This document shows, one piece after another, positions 10,021 to 19,083 of a stretch of DNA of 64,000 bases. The stretch is taken from the IMG/VR virus record IMGVR_UViG_3300011116_001229. One strand, written 5' to 3'. The notes under the pieces were generated by a model that saw only the letters and a list, made by a program, of their open reading frames with translations, ran no database searches and was not told where the DNA came from. Position 1 is the stretch's first letter; the number at the start of each line of letters is the position of its first letter. The translations under genes and the position numbers were made by a program. Source of the stretch: a virus. Lineage: Duplodnaviria; Caudoviricetes.

Positions 10021-10836
10021 TCACACAAATGATTGATAAATCAACTCAAAATTTCTATGAATTCTACTATCATTTTTTAGAATTAGAAATTTATCTTTGT
10101 GATCTTTTAACAAAAATCCAATAGCAATTTGTTCATTATTTAAAAGGTTTTTTTCAAGCATTTCTTGCTTTAGAACGATGTCAATAAGACTAGCTAATCT
10201 TTCAATTGACGATGCATCTACTCCAAACATGCCTCCCCACACATAAGATCTGTTGTCATAAAGATAATCATGCGTTATATCTTCACTTTTAAGCGAGAGA
10301 TCTGTATATGGAAATAAGTACATCTGGTACAGTATTTTTCCTGGGTACATCTTAACTTGATTCATGAAATTTTCTCCCGGAAATCTTAGAGAAGAAATAT
10401 CCAAGTCTGGGATAAATCGAGATGCGCCTGCATCCAGCCAGAAGAAGTAGTCACTATTAAAATAGTTCTCTCTAGCTGCACTAAGAACCCATGGAAACTT
10501 TGAGTATTGAATTATAGAATATAGACTTGTTTTACATTCTATTCTATTGGGGTCTGAGACTTTTTTTTGATAGTCTTCATTTAATAGAACTTCATCCATT
10601 TTATTTTTTAAGTGATAATATGGAATATCAACAAGCTCTTGCACTACAATTTTTGTTTGTAGATTATTAGGTCTATTCTTTTGAATAAAATCTATATGAC
10701 TACTTTCACAATAAATCACCATTGGGCATTGCAAAAGAAGAGTTTTCTTAAACCAGTCGTAGTATTGATTCATTCCTCTTCCATCAATTTTCTCTCTTCC
10801 AATGTCGTATAGCGCAGTTACTACAGTTGCATTCAT
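10021..10836 (-). CDS. WlaTC/HtrL (YibB)-family glycosyltransferase-like protein
   Basis: TVVTALYDIGR, YSIIQYSKF, YFFWLDAG, NNEQIA motifs. Confidence 0.75.
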   Translation of the reverse strand: MNATVVTALYDIGREKIDGRGMNQYYDWFKKTLLLQCPMVIYCESSHIDFIQKNRPNNLQTKIVVQELVDIPYYHLKNKMDEVLLNEDYQKKVSDPNRIECKTSLYSIIQYSKFPWVLSAARENYFNSDYFFWLDAGASRFIPDLDISSLRFPGENFMNQVKMYPGKILYQMYLFPYTDLSLKSEDITHDYLYDNRSYVWGGMFGVDASSIERLASLIDIVLKQEMLEKNLLNNEQIAIGFLLKDHKDKFLILKNDSRIHRNFELIYQSFV

Positions 10837-11780
10837 GTTAATATCCTTTGTACTGATGCAAGATAATTCTTAGTTATAATATTTTTCCAGTCAAACTCTT
10901 TTGCATACTCTCTAATCTTGTCTCTTTGAGACACAGACTTCTTTCTATTCTCTTCTAAGACGCTGGTAATAAATTCGGCATCTCCAATCTTTGCTTCAGG
11001 AATTACGTCGACGAATGATTTATTAAGGTCAAGATTTGCAGTCGCACATTCCGATAGAACAAGTCCTAGACCTGCTGACATTGCTTCAAGACAGACGAGA
11101 GGATGTGCTTCACCATCTGATAGTAGAGCTAAGTTTGCATACTCTGTTAGATTATTGTACAGCTTATCTTTGTTCCACTCTCCGAGATATCTTGGACTAT
11201 TTGTATTAAATTCATTATCTACACAGTTTCCGGCAAAGTACAAACCATCTATATTTTGAAGTTTTGCTTGTCGTTTGCGTGGGTCGACTTTCGCAAGATA
11301 AAGTGTTCTATCTGGGTACTTGCACTCTGTCTCAAACTTAAACAAGTCAGTTCTGACACCGTTAGGAACGACGTAGAGACGCTCGTCCGGTATTCCTGCT
11401 TTAGAATAAACATCTCTTATACCAGGAGATAAGCAGAAGATCTTTGCCGTCGTATTGACAAACCCCCAGAAGATATTTCTGTAGCTTGGGTCCCATCGAT
11501 GTGGTTGTTCTAGATAACCATAATGACTTGTTATAGCGACATTTTTACAGTTAAGGTGAGGAATCACATTGACGTGTTCATCATACTGTACGTGAACAAA
11601 GTCGGGGTTTAATGCATTTGCTAATCCGGCAATTAAATTAGGATTTCTAGTGTTTACTATCTCAACTTGGTGCCCTAAATCAATTAACGTCTTTCTATAG
11701 TCATCAATAAGAATTTCTACGGCACCCCAACCCTTTGGTGGGATGGGCATAGTTCCTGGTCCTACGATACAAATCTTCAT
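10833..11780 (-). CDS. GT4 glycosyltransferase
   Basis: PPKGWGAVE, PNGV, SDGEAHPLVCLEAMSAG. Confidence 0.9.
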   Translation of the reverse strand: MKICIVGPGTMPIPPKGWGAVEILIDDYRKTLIDLGHQVEIVNTRNPNLIAGLANALNPDFVHVQYDEHVNVIPHLNCKNVAITSHYGYLEQPHRWDPSYRNIFWGFVNTTAKIFCLSPGIRDVYSKAGIPDERLYVVPNGVRTDLFKFETECKYPDRTLYLAKVDPRKRQAKLQNIDGLYFAGNCVDNEFNTNSPRYLGEWNKDKLYNNLTEYANLALLSDGEAHPLVCLEAMSAGLGLVLSECATANLDLNKSFVDVIPEAKIGDAEFITSVLEENRKKSVSQRDKIREYAKEFDWKNIITKNYLASVQRILT

Positions 11781-12502
11781 TTGACACCTGCGAATCTTGG
11801 AAACTCATTCATCTCTTTGTGAAGATGCACAAACTTTGTTGGGCACGTCTTTCTAACGTCGTCATAACCAAACTGAGGTTGAGCAAAACCTGCATGCAGT
11901 GTGTGCACCTTGGAAGCATTGAGCAAGAAGTACTTGTTCATGTGTGACTCATCGTGCCAGACGGCTACAATTTTATTGTGTAGATCTTCTTCAACCCAGT
12001 CGTCTGCAGTTTCTACCATGCTAAGAACTTCTTTGCTCTTACCGCCCCAGAAACATCCTTGTCTGTATTGCTTCACATCGTACTTACCGTCAAAGATATT
12101 AGCTTTGGAACGCGTGTCTGTCTCAAATGTACCGATTCTACCAACAAAGCCTGGGTGTTGCACACCTATGAGTTCTTTATCTAAGGGTAATTCATCCTCG
12201 CTGACAGGATTTGTAGCCCATAAATCAGCATCGATGAAGAAGATGTTATCAAACTTTTGTAGATCTTGTTTGATGCTTCTCATGAATTTAAATCTATACA
12301 GTGTGATGAAGGGCCACTTCAGATGTTCTATCCTCTTTGTGATAACATCCGATTTATTAAAGATGGGATCATCCGGATCGTCAGTAAAAGCAAAGATAGT
12401 CTTCTGCTTATTTGGTAGAAAATTCTTTGTTATTCCTTCATAGTAACCATCAAAGAATTGTTTGTATTTTGCTGTACCAATAAAGATGATGGCGATTGTC
12501 AT
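11777..12502 (-). CDS. GT6 glycosyltransferase (ABO-type alpha-1,3-Gal/GalNAc transferase family)
   Basis: WPFITLYRF, FIDAD, HPGF, AVWHDESHMNKYF signature; start 12502 via ATGA overlap with the GT11 stop. Confidence 0.9.
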   Translation of the reverse strand: MTIAIIFIGTAKYKQFFDGYYEGITKNFLPNKQKTIFAFTDDPDDPIFNKSDVITKRIEHLKWPFITLYRFKFMRSIKQDLQKFDNIFFIDADLWATNPVSEDELPLDKELIGVQHPGFVGRIGTFETDTRSKANIFDGKYDVKQYRQGCFWGGKSKEVLSMVETADDWVEEDLHNKIVAVWHDESHMNKYFLLNASKVHTLHAGFAQPQFGYDDVRKTCPTKFVHLHKEMNEFPRFAGVK

Positions 12503-13260
12503 ACTAAGACCCAACCCTGCTGGTATACAGAATTCCACTCTTTAGGTCCCGCTGGTCCAAACCACTGCTTAGGTGCAACAACTGCAGTTGACTTACTCAA
12601 CCATGCGCCCCACCAGCTAAAAGATGAATTTGCAATTACGTGTACAGGACATCTTGACATGATGCAGAGATCAAGTGCTTCGTCACCTGTGTCAATGACG
12701 TCAAATTTTTCATCTTTAAATGCATTTCTACACCATTCAGGATCGTCAGAAAAGACTAAAAATTTAATATTTGGCACATTCTGGTGGACTAACGTGCAAG
12801 CTGGGACATAATAGTCAGAACCTAAATTGGTATGATAGTGCGAAAGGTTTGCATAATCTCCTCTGCGAACATGAACAGCACATAGAGGAGTATTACCATA
12901 TTTTGATAGTAAGTCATTTACTTTTTGAGTAACTTCTTGAGAAAATTGAAATTCTTTTCTAAGAGCTTCTTCGCAATGATTAAAATAATTACCTGACTGA
13001 AAATAACCGTATAGATCGGTGTCATCAGGGATCAAAAAAACGCTTGGGTCAAAAGCAAAATTTTGCTCTTTATAAACAGACTTGCTTTTTACTTCGTCTA
13101 GCTTAGTTGCACTATCAATGTTAAAAACTTGTGTTATCTTCTGATCTTTTGGAATTCCAATCTGATATCCTCTTGTGAATCCTACAGAAAATAAAGTCGC
13201 GTACTGAAACATCTGGTTTCCAAGTCTACCATTTTTACCAAGCTGTGAGTAAGTTATCAT
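12499..13260 (-). CDS. GT11 alpha-1,2-fucosyl(colitosyl)transferase
   Basis: GRLGNQMFQYA, GYFQS, VHVRRGDY, FSDD, ANSSFSWWGAWL. Confidence 0.95.
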   Translation of the reverse strand: MITYSQLGKNGRLGNQMFQYATLFSVGFTRGYQIGIPKDQKITQVFNIDSATKLDEVKSKSVYKEQNFAFDPSVFLIPDDTDLYGYFQSGNYFNHCEEALRKEFQFSQEVTQKVNDLLSKYGNTPLCAVHVRRGDYANLSHYHTNLGSDYYVPACTLVHQNVPNIKFLVFSDDPEWCRNAFKDEKFDVIDTGDEALDLCIMSRCPVHVIANSSFSWWGAWLSKSTAVVAPKQWFGPAGPKEWNSVYQQGWVLV

Positions 13261-13931
13261 TTGACTCCATATACCATTCTATACCACGCTGACACAATTT
13301 TTGGTACGCTAGGGTTATAATTTGGATTTGGGACGTGTTTATATCTGACCAGCGGCTCGTCTAGATTAGCAAACTTATACCACGGTATTGATCTAGACCA
13401 TAGGTCCAAATCTTCGGCAAATGGAAAGAGATCGAAGTATCCAGCACATTTATCTAAAATCTTTTTCTTAAAGACCACGCTAGGGTGCCCAATTGAATTT
13501 TCTCCGGAAAGAAGACTAGAGATTATGTGACTATGCTCAATCGGATAATTGGTCGTTCTTATAAACTTGTTATTAGCATCGACAACATTTAATTGAGTAC
13601 CTACAATGTCAACATCAGAATTCTTGTCAAAGAATTCTAATTGCTTTTTTAGTTTATTTGAAAGCCAAACATCGTCTGCATCTTGACGGGCAATAAAGTC
13701 ACCTTTGCAATTTCTTAGACCCATATTGAGTGCAGGAACTATTCCTGGTTCAGAACGGAGAATTTTGATCCTATCATCTTTTATATCTTGAATAACTTCT
13801 TCTGTGTTATCAGTTGTTCCATTGACAATACAGAGAATTTCTAGATCTTGTATTTCTTGAGTTAATACTGATCGTATTGATTCCTGCACAGTACTGGCAG
13901 CATTTCTGACCGGTATGACTACAGATATCAC
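13257..13931 (-). CDS. GT2 glycosyltransferase
   Basis: SVVIPVRN, ALNMGL, IARQDADD, HPSV, AEDLDLW. Confidence 0.92.
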   Translation of the reverse strand: MISVVIPVRNAASTVQESIRSVLTQEIQDLEILCIVNGTTDNTEEVIQDIKDDRIKILRSEPGIVPALNMGLRNCKGDFIARQDADDVWLSNKLKKQLEFFDKNSDVDIVGTQLNVVDANNKFIRTTNYPIEHSHIISSLLSGENSIGHPSVVFKKKILDKCAGYFDLFPFAEDLDLWSRSIPWYKFANLDEPLVRYKHVPNPNYNPSVPKIVSAWYRMVYGVK

Positions 13932-14290
13932 GATCTTCTCTTTATCTCCCCAATGAAAGGAGAGGCAAATGGAGTGCCGTTCATCATGGTTGCAAGAAGA
14001 GCTAGTTCTTTTGTTTCAAGATTATTTAGTTTAGCTCTTTGTGTAAAGATGCTTGGATCAAGCTGTTGATTACCGTTAATTGTAACGGCATCATAGTACA
14101 TTTGAGCTAGAAAATTAACTGACTCATTGCAAAGCGGTGTTTGTGCTTCTTTAAAAATTTCTGTCAAAGAAAAAAATATATCTTGATAAATCTCACTACA
14201 GACAGAAGTATTTAATTTTTCGCCCTTGCGTCTCGCTAGACGATCAGTTATTAAAGTCGAGATTGTCTCGTGAAGCTTGTTATCTTTCAT
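13928..14290 (-). CDS. Hypothetical protein
   Basis: 120-aa ORF translationally coupled on both sides. Confidence 0.6.
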   Translation of the reverse strand: MKDNKLHETISTLITDRLARRKGEKLNTSVCSEIYQDIFFSLTEIFKEAQTPLCNESVNFLAQMYYDAVTINGNQQLDPSIFTQRAKLNNLETKELALLATMMNGTPFASPFIGEIKRRS

Positions 14291-16200
14291 TTCTTTGGCT
14301 CCGAAACGTCAACAGTAATATGAGGAGTTCTTTGACCTTGCCATTTTCTATGCCAGATCCAGCCTCCTGTTGAGTCCTTTAGTTCTTTTGCTCGTGCTTC
14401 TATCATCTCATCTGTAACTTGAGACCATGGTAAGTCAAACATCATATTTGTATCAGCAGAATCTTCAAGAGATTTATTATACAGAGAATTCCAGTGTTTT
14501 GTCCAGTAATTCTTGTAAAGCTTCATCTTTCTTGAGATGTCGTACCACGAGTAATGATGTACTCCTGGCAGGCTCTTGATGACAGAATTAAACCATGTTC
14601 TATACTGCAATAAAGCTGATGGCTCACCCGTACATGCTGACTGTCTCATCCTCTCTGAATCCGGTGTGTGAAAAGTTACATGAGGCAATCTTTCACCCGT
14701 CTCATTGTGAATCATATCACAGCCATCAGTACCCTCTGCGGCATATAGCTGGCCATTCTCATCAAATTTACGAAGATCAACTGGTATGCCGTGCGTAATG
14801 TGCGAGAGATTTCTACTGAGTCTCCACTTCCATGGCTGAATGTCGCACCTTACTTTATCAGGTCCTCCCCAATATTCAATGACAGGCAAAGACACTATAT
14901 CAACCTTTGAAGGTATCTTCTTGCACAGTTCAATGATCTTAGTTGCATCATCTTCATGCACAATTTCATCAGAATCCATTTGCCAACAGAAGTCACCGGT
15001 GCACATTGATCTTGCTTCTGCCTTTTGTGCTCCATCAAAAACAGCATGTCGCTGATGCGACCAGTCTCTCACGACTTGTTTGACTTTTAATTTTTCATTG
15101 TTTTGTGACAAATCATTTAGTTTTTCCCAAGTGCCGTCTGTTGACCCACCATCAACTACACAAACTTCGTCACAGAAACGAAGCATTGACTCAATACACT
15201 CAATAAATGGATAATCTTGCTTGATGCAATTGTAAGCGGTTGTATAACCACTAATCTTGGGAACATGATTAATGACTTTTTCAATGCACTTCCAAAAAAG
15301 TGAAGGTGCAGTAGAAAGATACTCATTGATTGAACTTATATCATCAGTACTAAACCATTCTTCTGAAGCGTGCTGAACGTTATCATTGAGTTGCAACTTA
15401 CATCCTAAAAGCTTTGCTTCAATAACCATCCGTGGGCATGTATCGGCTCCTGCAGGAAGATAAACGAAACCCTCAGATTGTGAAAGTTTTTCAAGAAGTT
15501 TATCATAGGATAAATTCCAAACTACTTCAAACGTCTTCTGATTGTTCTCGCACCATTCTTTAGCTGCTTGTGCACCCTTAACCCATGAATCCGACCCAAG
15601 GACTATCCAGCCTTTTCTGTCGACAGAGTTTTTCTTAGTTAACTTAGAGAGATGGTCTATGTAGTCTAGAGTAGTTTTCGAAAAAACACTGGATAATACT
15701 ACATTGTCTTTTTCTGACAAAAAGGGGAACAGCGTGTGATATCGCTGTTTTTGCTTCTCAGACATCCACCAGAGAGACTGGGCGCCGTAGTAGAATGCCG
15801 ATATTAATTTACCATTAATCTTGTCATGACAATCGCAGGGTTGACTAGTCGCTGCCTCGTGTTTCTCTGGCGATCGAAATCGACAGAATTTATAATCATA
15901 TTCAAGTATTGAATACTTTAGATTTGCAACAATGCTTGGTATAAGCTCTGGATTGAGTTGTGCAAAATTTCCAAAGATCCAATGCTTCTGTGCGCCCTGT
16001 GTCAAGGTTGACAGATTAACTTTTGATGAGTGAACTTTTTGTATCTTAAGAGGAGAAGCTTCTATTAGAGCTTCGCTAGTGAGTTCTGCGCCACCGACAT
16101 AATCTTCTACAAATAAATCAGCAACAAATATAATTTGTGTGTCTGGATCTAGCTGAGCATTTGGATTAACAAATATAGCTTCTTTAAAATCTGTCACCAT
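14287..16200 (-). CDS. Bifunctional glycosyltransferase (GT4-like N-domain + GT2 C-domain)
   Basis: GGAEL...RMVIEAKLLGC, then GYTTAYN, VVDGGSTDGT, QMDSDE. Confidence 0.8.
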   Translation of the reverse strand: MVTDFKEAIFVNPNAQLDPDTQIIFVADLFVEDYVGGAELTSEALIEASPLKIQKVHSSKVNLSTLTQGAQKHWIFGNFAQLNPELIPSIVANLKYSILEYDYKFCRFRSPEKHEAATSQPCDCHDKINGKLISAFYYGAQSLWWMSEKQKQRYHTLFPFLSEKDNVVLSSVFSKTTLDYIDHLSKLTKKNSVDRKGWIVLGSDSWVKGAQAAKEWCENNQKTFEVVWNLSYDKLLEKLSQSEGFVYLPAGADTCPRMVIEAKLLGCKLQLNDNVQHASEEWFSTDDISSINEYLSTAPSLFWKCIEKVINHVPKISGYTTAYNCIKQDYPFIECIESMLRFCDEVCVVDGGSTDGTWEKLNDLSQNNEKLKVKQVVRDWSHQRHAVFDGAQKAEARSMCTGDFCWQMDSDEIVHEDDATKIIELCKKIPSKVDIVSLPVIEYWGGPDKVRCDIQPWKWRLSRNLSHITHGIPVDLRKFDENGQLYAAEGTDGCDMIHNETGERLPHVTFHTPDSERMRQSACTGEPSALLQYRTWFNSVIKSLPGVHHYSWYDISRKMKLYKNYWTKHWNSLYNKSLEDSADTNMMFDLPWSQVTDEMIEARAKELKDSTGGWIWHRKWQGQRTPHITVDVSEPKK

Positions 16201-16288
16201 AACCTCTTAATAAGCAGTTAGATAGCTTAATAGCTTTTACTAAGCTAGATAGTTATAGACAAAAATAACTGTTCTTAGAGCTTTGTAT

Positions 16289-16816
16289 ATGGCAAAAAAA
16301 AATGAAGGTTTTAAAGTTTCAAGCCCAAAGTCACAGAGAAGCAAAAAACCTGTTGAAACACAGCAAGTTGTTCTTCAAGACATTCATAAAAAAATTATTA
16401 GCAGCGCTGCTTTAAATGGCGGTTTTGATATTTTGATGTTCAAGATTGAAAAGATCGAACAGAATCAAGAGCAACTTGTAGACAAGCTTGATAAGATTCA
16501 CGACGCGATCTATGACCCCAATGATGGGATTTTCTCAAAGATCAGCGATTCGAATGCAAAAAACTCACAAAAAATAAATGAAACAGAACAGAAAATAATT
16601 GAGATATCTGAGTGGAAAAAGCAGAGAGACAAAGAGGACGAAAGATCAGAGGTCGAGCTTGAAGAGACTGCGGTAAAAGTTCAATCGATACAAAAGAACG
16701 TTGAAGATCTTGTCAAGAATAAAAATACAATTAGCGCTGTCGTAAGATGGATTTTAGTCGCGCTGGCTGGTGGATCTCTAACGCTTTTATTCAAGTGGAT
16801 AGAAACAAAAATTTAG
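16289..16816 (+). CDS. Coiled-coil protein with a C-terminal transmembrane helix (XhlA/holin-like topology)
   Basis: Heptad-rich body; C-terminal VVRWILVALAGGSLTLLFKWI; ATG at 16289 preferred over TTG at 16283. Confidence 0.5.
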   Translation: MAKKNEGFKVSSPKSQRSKKPVETQQVVLQDIHKKIISSAALNGGFDILMFKIEKIEQNQEQLVDKLDKIHDAIYDPNDGIFSKISDSNAKNSQKINETEQKIIEISEWKKQRDKEDERSEVELEETAVKVQSIQKNVEDLVKNKNTISAVVRWILVALAGGSLTLLFKWIETKI

Positions 16817-16851
16817 TTATAAACTAAACTGAGACATGTAATAATTGACGC

Positions 16852-17979
16852 ATGTCTGTTGAGAGTGACATAAATTCAATAAAGAAATTTCTTAATAAAA
16901 ACTCCCAAGTTGAGAAGTCACTAAAATTTGACGATCAAAAATTACGTACGCAGAGAAACCTGCAGCACATTTTTTCTAAACGTTTTTTTGGAAGTAAGCA
17001 AAAGATTTTTGAGATAGTCTTAGATCATGCTGAAAGAGCAGAGAGGTCCTGCCCGCGTGCAGGAATTCTTCTCTTAAAGAAATTTTCTGGTATCGATATC
17101 AATATTGATGAAAGTCCATGCAATAAAAGAACAGTGATCGATCAGATTGAGAAGTTAAATCTTAGCAAATTTTCAACATCTATATTGACAGAAATATTAG
17201 ATTTTTGCAATTCAGAAACAAAAATAAAGCTAACTAAGTCTATTAATCAAAAATCTTATGTAGAAATTTCAAATGATTACCAGTTTAGTGTAACGCCAAT
17301 AGCAGCTGTTAAAAAAAATCTTGACAAAAATTGTAAAGTTTTTGTCATTGATGGATTCATTGAAAGCGTTTCCGAGGTACATCACATACTTCATCATTTC
17401 TCTTCCGAGGAACAGAGCACACCTTTTATTTTATTCTGCAGAGGTGCATCTAACGACGTCATAAGCACTATTAATGTTAACAATACTAGAAATGCTTTCA
17501 GGTGTTATCTTTTTAAGATTGATTTTACAGTTGAAAATGTCAACATTTTAGTCGACTTAGCTGTAGCATGTGGCGTAGATGTCACATCCAGCTTAAAGGG
17601 AGATCTAATCTCTTCTATTAAGCTGGACAAATCTTCTATTGTTGAAAGTATTTCAGTAACTAACACTGGTATCTCTATTAAGAGTAGATCTACGAAAAAG
17701 TCTGTAGCTTTGCATGTTGCTAGCTTGAAGAAGAAACTAACTGACTGCAATGAAATAGAAAAAGAGTTTATACACAAGAGAATGAGAGGTCTTTCATCAA
17801 ATAGCATTGAAATTGCAATTCCAGACGACATAAACTTTTTTTCGAGATCAAAAGAATTAGACGAAGGAATTCGACTGATTTTGTCAATAATGAATAAAAG
17901 TTTTATGCTCGATCAAGCTATTTCTCTGTACTACGAAGTGCTAGAAAAGACTTTAAAAAGTATTGCAGACACAGTCTGA
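16852..17979 (+). CDS. Divergent, truncated GroEL/Cpn60-like protein
   Basis: Apical domain recognisable (VFVIDGFI..PFILFCRG..VDLAVACG..KRMRGLS); GDGTT motif and C-terminal equatorial half absent. Confidence 0.7.
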   Translation: MSVESDINSIKKFLNKNSQVEKSLKFDDQKLRTQRNLQHIFSKRFFGSKQKIFEIVLDHAERAERSCPRAGILLLKKFSGIDINIDESPCNKRTVIDQIEKLNLSKFSTSILTEILDFCNSETKIKLTKSINQKSYVEISNDYQFSVTPIAAVKKNLDKNCKVFVIDGFIESVSEVHHILHHFSSEEQSTPFILFCRGASNDVISTINVNNTRNAFRCYLFKIDFTVENVNILVDLAVACGVDVTSSLKGDLISSIKLDKSSIVESISVTNTGISIKSRSTKKSVALHVASLKKKLTDCNEIEKEFIHKRMRGLSSNSIEIAIPDDINFFSRSKELDEGIRLILSIMNKSFMLDQAISLYYEVLEKTLKSIADTV

Positions 17980-18009
17980 CCTTTACTTGTTAGCTTTTAA
18001 AAGTATGAT

Positions 18010-18267
18010 GTGGTCATGAATCACGCTGATAAAATTTGCAAAGAAATTCTAAATCTTGTTTCTTTTTCCAAAGATCAACTGCAAAGTCTTTTAGTTAATG
18101 AAAATTCTAAGGGTACTTTGTCTCTGTCTGAGAAAGATATGCAGACAGTTTTGGTACTCCTTAAAACTTCTTTAGAGAATTCATATCAAACTGTTTTTTC
18201 AAGCTTGCACAGCAAGATAAATGCAGAAATTGAGTTGGCATCTTCAAAAAAAACTAATAAAAAGTGA
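18010..18267 (+). CDS. Hypothetical protein
   Basis: ORF in operon. Confidence 0.55.
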   Translation: MVMNHADKICKEILNLVSFSKDQLQSLLVNENSKGTLSLSEKDMQTVLVLLKTSLENSYQTVFSSLHSKINAEIELASSKKTNKK

Positions 18268-18270
18268 ATT

Positions 18271-18798
18271 GTGGCCAAGAAAAAGTCCTCTGAAGAAGTT
18301 AAAAAAGATTCTAATCTCTCTGTTCAGACCAAACGGGGATTTAGACACTTGATAGAGTGTCGTTGTGTTCTCCCTCAGTTCAAGAATAGAAAAGATCCAC
18401 TTAAACATAAATTCGTTGTTTTTTCAATAGTTGACGAGAACGACGTAGTTGAAGTCAAATATTCTCAGTGCAATAATTGCGGATTGATTCATAAAATAGT
18501 AGACATATGTAAGTCTGAAATTCAACCAGGCAAAGAAAACTCTTCTTCTATTTTGACAATCGATGATATCAAGCTATCATTGCCTAGAGACTTGACGTAT
18601 ATTCTTGAAAAATATCGACTTGAAATCCCATCTTGGGAACAAGCGAGATTTATAGTCGAGAATAAAAGATGGGGAGACTTTATTATTCTCGAGCAAGAAG
18701 ATGACGGGGACACAAAGCAAGGGAAATACGTTAGAATATTAGGAGAGTCTTTCTTTAAAGTGGAAAACTTTTCTAGAGATGAATTTGTTAGCGCATGA
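18271..18798 (+). CDS. Hypothetical Cys/His-rich (putative Zn-binding) protein
   Basis: HLIECRC, QCNNCGLIH, DICKS. Confidence 0.6.
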   Translation: MAKKKSSEEVKKDSNLSVQTKRGFRHLIECRCVLPQFKNRKDPLKHKFVVFSIVDENDVVEVKYSQCNNCGLIHKIVDICKSEIQPGKENSSSILTIDDIKLSLPRDLTYILEKYRLEIPSWEQARFIVENKRWGDFIILEQEDDGDTKQGKYVRILGESFFKVENFSRDEFVSA

Positions 18799-18804
18799 GG
18801 CATA

Positions 18805-19083
18805 ATGGAAAATTCTCTTTACGGTCAGCTGCAGACTGAGAAAATTGCTGAAGACAAAAAAATTGCTTTAGAAATTGTCTCAGAAATCAATAAATTTGGT
18901 ATTAATGACAGACAGCGATGGATGATTCTTCATCTTCTCAGTCTTGAACTTGAAAACATTCAAGACATGAAAGACATGATTGCTTTTATAAAAAGCAAAA
19001 AAGAAAAAGAAATTTTTGTGTCTAAGTTGTATAGTCAAGATGAAGACAATTGGGTCGAGGAAGAAGTAAAACAAAATGGGTAG
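18805..19083 (+). CDS. Hypothetical protein
   Basis: ORF overlapping the clpP start. Confidence 0.55.
   Translation: MENSLYGQLQTEKIAEDKKIALEIVSEINKFGINDRQRWMILHLLSLELENIQDMKDMIAFIKSKKEKEIFVSKLYSQDEDNWVEEEVKQNG

Noticed and set aside
1-16200. Giant eukaryotic virus (NCLDV) origin
   Set aside because: Linked to T4-like portal, terminase, protease and MCP; Shine-Dalgarno sites and operonic overlaps
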